A stretch of DNA of 22,622 nt, from positions 1 to 22,622 of the forward strand of contig CAJWCD010000050.1 in NCBI GenBank assembly GCA_913020725.1. Reading direction: 5' to 3'. Below the pieces are notes generated by a model, which searched no databases, was not told the DNA's origin, and was given only the letters and a program-made list of their open reading frames with translations. The translations under genes and the position numbers were made by a program. Shown here piece after piece: positions 17,010 to 22,622 of the stretch. How positions within the stretch are numbered: the first letter of the stretch is position 1; each line of letters starts with the position of its first letter. The DNA is from an uncultured Pseudomonadota bacterium. GTDB lineage: Bacteria > SAR324 > NAC60-12.

Positions 17010-18074
17010 ATGATCTATCGAGAAACGGGTCAGTTCAAAACCAGCTACAAGAAAGACATGGCGATTTTTCCGATTCGCCAAGACCGCTGGGGTCTGGTTG
17101 TAGTACTGGTGTTTGCGGTTGTCGGAGTGCCTTTAGTCGCCAGCGACCATGTGGTCGCCGGCTACCTGATACCGTTTTTGATCTGGGTCATCGCAGCGAT
17201 TGGCCTCAATATCCTGACGGGTTACACCGGCCAGTTGTCTCTGGGGCATGGTGCGTTCATGATGGTGGGAGCGTATGCCGCCTATAACTTGGCAGTCCGG
17301 GTTCCCGAGTTGCCGATTCTGCTGGTCTTTATCGCGTCGGGATTGATTGCTGCGGTTTTCGGCATTCTCGTCGGTAGTCCGAGCTTACGTATCAAGGGTT
17401 TTTATCTTGCGGTGGCGACACTTGCAGCCCAGTTTTTCGTCGAGTGGGTATTTGGAACGTTCTCATGGTTCACGGGTGGCACGATGAGCATGGTACTCGA
17501 TACTCCACCCATGACCATCTTTGGTTATAGGATCAAATCTGCCTTGGACAATTACTATCTGGTTCTTGGATTCGTGATGGTCATGACACTGCTGGCCAAG
17601 AACCTCGTGCGAAGCGAAATCGGGCGTGCCTGGATGGCCATCCGGGACATGGACGTCGCCGCCGAGGTCATCGGCATCCGACCTTTGCACACCAAGCTTT
17701 CGGCCTTTGCGGTCAGTTCATTTTTTGCTGGCGTCGCAGGTGCACTGTATGGATTTTGCTACGTCAAGTCCGTGGATTTCACGGCATTCGATTTATTCGT
17801 CTCACTGAGAGTCCTTTTCATGATCATCATTGGTGGCCTAGGGAGCATCCTTGGAAGTTACCTTGGCGCGGCCTTCATTGTGATCCTGCCGATTCTAATC
17901 AACACTTGGGGATCTCAGTTTTCCGAAACCGTGCCAGCGGATCTGATTAGTAACGTTGAGCACATGATCTTCGGTGGCCTGATCATTTTTTTTCTGATTG
18001 TGGAACCCCACGGACTGGCGCGTCTCTGGCAGATCACCAAGGAGAAACTGCGGCTCTGGCCGTTTCCGTATTAA
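17010..18074 (+). CDS. Liv-type ABC transporter permease (LivM-like)
   Basis: MIYRETGQFKTSY start (ATG 17010), GLNILTGYTGQLSLGHGAF, LRIKGFYLAVATLA, GRAWMAIRD, IIGGLGS and EPHGL...WPFPY. Confidence 0.93.
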   Translation: MIYRETGQFKTSYKKDMAIFPIRQDRWGLVVVLVFAVVGVPLVASDHVVAGYLIPFLIWVIAAIGLNILTGYTGQLSLGHGAFMMVGAYAAYNLAVRVPELPILLVFIASGLIAAVFGILVGSPSLRIKGFYLAVATLAAQFFVEWVFGTFSWFTGGTMSMVLDTPPMTIFGYRIKSALDNYYLVLGFVMVMTLLAKNLVRSEIGRAWMAIRDMDVAAEVIGIRPLHTKLSAFAVSSFFAGVAGALYGFCYVKSVDFTAFDLFVSLRVLFMIIIGGLGSILGSYLGAAFIVILPILINTWGSQFSETVPADLISNVEHMIFGGLIIFFLIVEPHGLARLWQITKEKLRLWPFPY

Positions 18075-18256
18075 CCTCTGCCTGCTGGCAGTGGAGAGCG
18101 AGGAGGCAGTAACGCCTCTCCGATTCCCATGCTTTGGTGTGGGAAACCTTGTCTTGCCTGTTTCGGCAGGCTTGATATACCAAGTATCCTCCCTACTCCC
18201 CCGATTTCCGGAAGGAGGAGGGGAGGAAACCCAAAACCCTCAATGAAGGAGGAGAT

Positions 18257-19627
18257 ATGCAATTGCATAAATGGCTGATCGCCCTGCTGGGGACGGTGGT
18301 GTTCATGATCGGCAGCGTGGTGCCGAGCATGGCAGCGGAAGAAGCGGACCCAACCAAGGAGCAGTTTATCCCAATGCTGACCTATCTGACCGGCCCGTTC
18401 GCTGCCGGGGGCTCGGGCAACTCGGGAGGCACAATAGACTATTTCAACCTTCTTAACATGCGAGATGGTGGAATAAATGGCATTAAGCTGACTTGGGAGG
18501 TGTGTGACTTCGGCTACAACACCGAGCGCGGCGTAGAGTGTTACGAGCGTCTGAAGGGCAAGGGGCTGAAGGGGGCACCGATGGTTCAACCGTTCTCGAC
18601 TGGTGTCACCTACGCGCTTCTGGAGCGAACGGCTGTGGATAAGATTCCCATGATGATGATCGGCTACGGCGATACCCGGACGACCGATGGTAGTGTCTTC
18701 CCCTACGCCTTCCCAGTTGTGACCAACTACTGGAACCAGAGCACCGCAAAGTTAAGGTTCATTGCTCAGAGGGAAGGTGGTATGGACAAACTCAAGGGCA
18801 TGAAGATCGTCAACCTGCACCTCAAGCACCCATACGGCAACGAGACTCTCCCCGTCTGGGCCCGGATGGCCGAGATGTATGGTTTCGAGCTCACGAACAT
18901 AGCGGTACCTTGGCCAGGCATTGACCAGAAGTCGCTATGGCTGCAGATCCGAAAAATCCAGCCGGACTATGTGATCAACCGCAACTGGGGTATTTCATGC
19001 ACGGTGCCGCTGCGAGAAGCAGCTCGTATTGGATTTCCGGCCGATCACATCATTGGCGTTTGGTGGTGTGGAGCTGAAGAAGATGCAATCCCAGCAGGCG
19101 ACTCAGCGATAGGGTATATCAGTGCGGCTTTTCACGGCACAGGTACTGATTTTCCTGTGATCGATGACATCTTTGAGTATGTCTATGGTGTGATGCAGGG
19201 CAATCTTTCGAGTTCTCGTGTGGGTACCGTATATCACCTGCGCGGCGTAGCTGCGGGCATCGTTGTGACTGAGGTGATCCGAAAAGCCCAAGAGAAAGCT
19301 GAAAGTCAAGGGATGGGATTCGGGCCGGTCAGTGGTGAAGAGTTTCGCTGGGCAATGGAGAATCTTGATCTGACGGCAGAAAGAATCGCTGAATTGGGTG
19401 CTACGAATATAGTACCTCCATTCAAAATTACTTGTCAGGATCACGAAGGCTCTGGATCTGCACGCTTCCAGCAATGGGATGGAAATCAATGGAACTTCGT
19501 TTCTGATTGGATAGAGCCGTTAGACGAAATCACTCGTCCAATGATCGAGGCCTCGGCTGCACAATACGCGGAAGAGAAGGGCATTACGCCGCGTCGTGGT
19601 ATGTCGATGGGTTCGGACTGCGGTTAA
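18257..19627 (+). CDS. Liv-type ABC transporter periplasmic substrate-binding protein
   Basis: Strong SD GAAGGAGGAG and a signal peptide ending SMA|AE. Motifs TGPFA, RDGGINGIKL, CDFGYNTERGVECYERLK, STGVTYAL and CQDHEG...QQWDG. Confidence 0.92.
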   Translation: MQLHKWLIALLGTVVFMIGSVVPSMAAEEADPTKEQFIPMLTYLTGPFAAGGSGNSGGTIDYFNLLNMRDGGINGIKLTWEVCDFGYNTERGVECYERLKGKGLKGAPMVQPFSTGVTYALLERTAVDKIPMMMIGYGDTRTTDGSVFPYAFPVVTNYWNQSTAKLRFIAQREGGMDKLKGMKIVNLHLKHPYGNETLPVWARMAEMYGFELTNIAVPWPGIDQKSLWLQIRKIQPDYVINRNWGISCTVPLREAARIGFPADHIIGVWWCGAEEDAIPAGDSAIGYISAAFHGTGTDFPVIDDIFEYVYGVMQGNLSSSRVGTVYHLRGVAAGIVVTEVIRKAQEKAESQGMGFGPVSGEEFRWAMENLDLTAERIAELGATNIVPPFKITCQDHEGSGSARFQQWDGNQWNFVSDWIEPLDEITRPMIEASAAQYAEEKGITPRRGMSMGSDCG

Positions 19628-19650
19628 TCACTAACTGGACCTAGGATCCC

Positions 19651-20478
19651 ATGGAAGCGGCCTTGAGCGACGAAGCAGCCACGCTGCTTAGCGTCAACAA
19701 CATTGAGGTCGTATACGACCATGTGATACTGGTTCTAAAAGGAGTATCCCTGGAGGTTCCCGAGGGGGGCATTGTCGCCCTCCTCGGGGCCAACGGAGCG
19801 GGTAAGACAACTACGCTCAAATCGATATCCAATCTGCTGATGGCGGAGCGCGGCGATATTACCAAGGGAACCATTGAGTTTCGCGGTGAATCTATTCAGG
19901 GTCTTTCAGCTAACCAGCTGGTAAAGCGTGGCGTGATTCAGGTTATGGAAGGTCGCCGCTGCTTCGAACATTTGACTGTGGAAGAAAACCTTCTAACTGG
20001 CGCGTTCACGCGTACCGATGGCGCGTCTTCGATCCGCCGGGATCTGGAACTGGTTTATGGTTACTTCCCGCGCCTCAAGGATCGGCGTAACAGCACTTCC
20101 GGCTATACCTCTGGCGGGGAGCAACAGATGACAGCAGTGGGGCGGGCTTTGATGGCTCGGCCGAAAATGATACTGCTTGATGAACCCTCGATGGGGTTGG
20201 CGCCGACTCTGGTTGAAGAAATCTGTGAAATCATGCAGCAGCTCAATCAGAAAGAGCAGGTCACTTTCCTGTTGGCAGAACAAAATACCAATATGGCACT
20301 GCGTTATTGCCATTATGGTTATATCCTCGAAAATGGCCGAGTCGTCATGGATGGCGACGCCAAAACACTGCTGGATAACCAGGACGTAAAAGAGTTTTAT
20401 CTTGGGGTTAGCGGTGGAGAAAGAAAGAGTTTCAGGAACGTAAAACATTATCGTCGGAGAAAGCGCTGGTTGAGTTAA
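19651..20478 (+). CDS. Liv-type ABC transporter ATP-binding subunit (LivF-like)
   Basis: GANGAGKT, EGRRCFEHLTVEENL, SGGEQQM, LLDEPSMGLAP, EQN, VKEFYLG and the C-terminal YRRRKRWL. Confidence 0.93.
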   Translation: MEAALSDEAATLLSVNNIEVVYDHVILVLKGVSLEVPEGGIVALLGANGAGKTTTLKSISNLLMAERGDITKGTIEFRGESIQGLSANQLVKRGVIQVMEGRRCFEHLTVEENLLTGAFTRTDGASSIRRDLELVYGYFPRLKDRRNSTSGYTSGGEQQMTAVGRALMARPKMILLDEPSMGLAPTLVEEICEIMQQLNQKEQVTFLLAEQNTNMALRYCHYGYILENGRVVMDGDAKTLLDNQDVKEFYLGVSGGERKSFRNVKHYRRRKRWLS

Positions 20479-20564
20479 TAGTATCTCAGCCTGTGTTCCT
20501 TGAACCCGGGCCGCATGTCACCCCAATTGTTCAAGTACGAGCAACATCAAACCCCAGGATTAAG

Positions 20565-21809
20565 ATGAGCGATTACTACGACGCTCTGGAAACACGCGAC
20601 GTGGCACAGCGTGAGGCCGAGCAATTTGAGTTGTTGCGTGAGCAATTACGCTATGCCAAGCGTGAAGTCCCGGCTTATGCGGCCTTGCTTGGGGAAGTGA
20701 ATCCTGACGCCGTTAAGACGCGTGATGCTCTTGCAGAACTGCCAGTAACGCGTAAGTCGGAGTTAGCGCAAGCGCAGGCAGGCAGCCCGCCACTGGGTGG
20801 ATACTGCGCGCTTTCTGGCCATACCCTACCTCGAGTCTTTTCTTCACCGGGTGGGATTTTTGAACCCCAAGGCACAGGCGGCGATTTCTGGCGCACAGCT
20901 CGTGCCTTGTACGCGGCTGGGTGTCGGGAAGGAGATCTGTTACATAACACCTTCTCTTATCATTTTACGCCAGCTGGGTTCATGCTCGAAGGCGGAGCCC
21001 ATGCATTGGGATGCACGGTGTTTCCGGCGGGTACGGGGCAAAGTGAGCTACAGGTGCGCGCGATAGCGCATTTGCGGCCACGGGCTTATGTCGGGACTCC
21101 TTCGTTTCTCAAGATCCTGCTGGATAAAGCCCACGAGATGGGAGTATCGCTTTCCCCCCTGACCATTGGACTGGTCTCGGGCGAGGCCTTGCCCACAAGT
21201 TTGCGTGAGGAGTTGGCGACTAAAGGTGTTAACGTACTGCAGGCCTATGCGACATCGGATGTGGGTTTGATCGGTTACGAATCCCCAGCCCGCGAAGGTT
21301 TGATTCTGGATGAGCAAGTATTAGTAGAGATTGTCCGCCCCGGAACAGGTGATCCGGTATCGCCAGGCGAGGTGGGCGAGGTGCTGGTAACTACGCTGCA
21401 GCCGGAGTACCCGCTGATCCGTTTCGCCACCGGGGATCTTTCTGCATTTATGGATGGTGGCAGCGCCTGTGGCCGCACCAACCAGCGCGTCAAAGGATGG
21501 ATGGGGCGCGCAGATCAGACCGCCAAAGTCCGGGGCATGTTTGTGCACCCCTCGCAGGTTGCTCAGGTTGTTTCTCGTCATCAGGAGATCACTCGGGCTC
21601 GGTTGGTTATTGAGCGTGTCGACAATGCGGACAAAATGACTTTGCACTGTGAATTGACCGGAGGTGTGGAGCGCTCTCCAGGGCTTACGGATGATATTGC
21701 TATTAGTATTCGAGAGGTTTGCAAGTTACGAGGCGGGGTAGAGCTCTTTGTACAGGGCGCTTTGCCTAATGACGGCAAGGTCATTGACGATCTGCGACCA
21801 TTGGATTGA
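20565..21809 (+). CDS. Phenylacetate-CoA ligase (PaaK)-family adenylating protein
   Basis: LPVTRKSEL, FSYHFTPAG, GTPSFL, SGEAL, YATSDVG, GEVLVTTL...YPLIRFATGD, CGRT and GRADQTAKVRGMFVHP. ATG 20565 (MSDYYD) follows AGGA; the ORF track start is 20493. Confidence 0.88.
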   Translation: MSDYYDALETRDVAQREAEQFELLREQLRYAKREVPAYAALLGEVNPDAVKTRDALAELPVTRKSELAQAQAGSPPLGGYCALSGHTLPRVFSSPGGIFEPQGTGGDFWRTARALYAAGCREGDLLHNTFSYHFTPAGFMLEGGAHALGCTVFPAGTGQSELQVRAIAHLRPRAYVGTPSFLKILLDKAHEMGVSLSPLTIGLVSGEALPTSLREELATKGVNVLQAYATSDVGLIGYESPAREGLILDEQVLVEIVRPGTGDPVSPGEVGEVLVTTLQPEYPLIRFATGDLSAFMDGGSACGRTNQRVKGWMGRADQTAKVRGMFVHPSQVAQVVSRHQEITRARLVIERVDNADKMTLHCELTGGVERSPGLTDDIAISIREVCKLRGGVELFVQGALPNDGKVIDDLRPLD

Positions 21810-22017
21810 TGCTTCCAGGCTCCCCAGCTTATATACCTCAATAACGGGTTATCCCTCCCATAGGGTGGGGCTAAACGCTGGCGGTGCTTATCTGTACTGG
21901 TAACGCCTGCGCTTGGTATTCATCCGCCCGATCCAAAACGGGGCGAAAACTTGTTTGTTGAAGTCGAGCTTCACTACACTATAGGGATCCGTCTTTCGAC
22001 CAAACCTGGACCAGGTA

Positions 22018-22622
22018 GTGACTGATACCGATATGTACGACGATGTTTCTCTTTATGCCAACCTGTTTGGTTATCTTGGCTGCCCGCTGAGTGATGACCC
22101 GCTGCAGGATACGGCAGATGTGGCCATTCTGGGCGTGCCGTATGATTTAGGCACCTCCGGCCGCGCCGGTACTCGTAGTGGCCCGGGTGCAATCCGTCAG
22201 GCCTCTGGCAATCTTCGCTGGGAAGAGGCACGCTGGCCGTGGCCCTATGCGCTCGCGGATCACCTTAAGGTCATCGACTGTGGCGATCTTGCTTATGCGC
22301 CTGGAGACAGTGCCGGGTTTACCCAGTCCCTCCAGGACCGGGCCACGGATATTTTGCGATCAGGGAAGACGCTGCTTAGTTTTGGCGGAGATCACTTCAT
22401 TACTCTGCCGTTGTTGCGGGCGCATCATGCGGTGCATGGAGAGTTAGCCCTGGTTCACTTTGATGCTCATACCGATACCTATGAGCAGGGGTCCGAATTC
22501 GATCATGGCACAATGTTTCGACGCGCGCCTAGAGAGGGCCTGATTGATACTGATTGCTCAATACAGGTGGGTATCCGGACAGAATACGAACCGTTGACGC
22601 ACGCCTTTGCCGTGCTCGATAC
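22018..22622 (+). CDS. speB: Agmatinase (ureohydrolase family), running off the 3' edge of the window
   Basis: Absent from the ORF track because it has no stop in the window. Manual translation from GTG 22018 (alternative ATG 22033): MYDDVSLYANLFGYLG...ILGVPYDLGTSGRAGTRSGPGAIRQAS...VIDCGDL...SFGGDHFITLPLLRAH...LVHFDAHTDTY...FDHGTMF...QVGIRTE. This is colinear with enterobacterial-type SpeB. Confidence 0.92.
   Translation, partial: MTDTDMYDDVSLYANLFGYLGCPLSDDPLQDTADVAILGVPYDLGTSGRAGTRSGPGAIRQASGNLRWEEARWPWPYALADHLKVIDCGDLAYAPGDSAGFTQSLQDRATDILRSGKTLLSFGGDHFITLPLLRAHHAVHGELALVHFDAHTDTYEQGSEFDHGTMFRRAPREGLIDTDCSIQVGIRTEYEPLTHAFAVLD

Noticed and set aside
21853..21945. GC-rich hairpins after the PaaK-like gene (ccctccc/gggtggg; cgcccg/cggggcg) as intrinsic terminators
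   Set aside because: The stems are imperfect and have no adjacent plus-strand U tract.
1..22622. CRISPR arrays, tRNA/rRNA, IS elements, integrases, defence systems
   Set aside because: By eye I found no regularly spaced repeats, cloverleaf or rRNA signatures, terminal inverted repeats, or transposase/nuclease motifs. Intergenic gaps are all under about 230 bp.

Overview
Bacterial chromosomal window of about 55-60% GC (by eye), densely coding and mostly metabolic. The left part resembles a deltaproteobacterial/SAR324-type genome, but this is an impression only. From left to right: (1) a frameshifted small coiled-coil/TM protein; (2) a large uncharacterised HEAT-like/Zn-ribbon/TPR protein; (3) a divergently transcribed, probable outer-membrane beta-barrel; (4) a six-gene minus-strand run, in transcription order SCP2-type thiolase, proB, ACT-domain malic enzyme, cytochrome c', CycG-like diheme cytochrome c and a fused biotin carboxylase-BCCP; (5) a collapsed cyanophycinase/cyanophycin-synthetase-like pseudogene chimera; (6) a seven-gene operon of acyl-CoA ligase, Liv-type ABC transporter and PaaK-like ligase; (7) the 5' part of agmatinase speB, which the ORF track misses. 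I found no rRNA, tRNA, CRISPR array or mobile element. The most notable observations are a contracted CXCH heme motif in the diheme cytochrome, the deleted and fused cphB-cphA relic, a hairpin-packed leader with anti-SD potential before the solute-binding protein, a stem resembling half of a ykkC/guanidine-I riboswitch over the speB start, and a divergent biotin carboxylase with no carboxyltransferase nearby. All family calls come from motif recognition by eye; no database searches were run.
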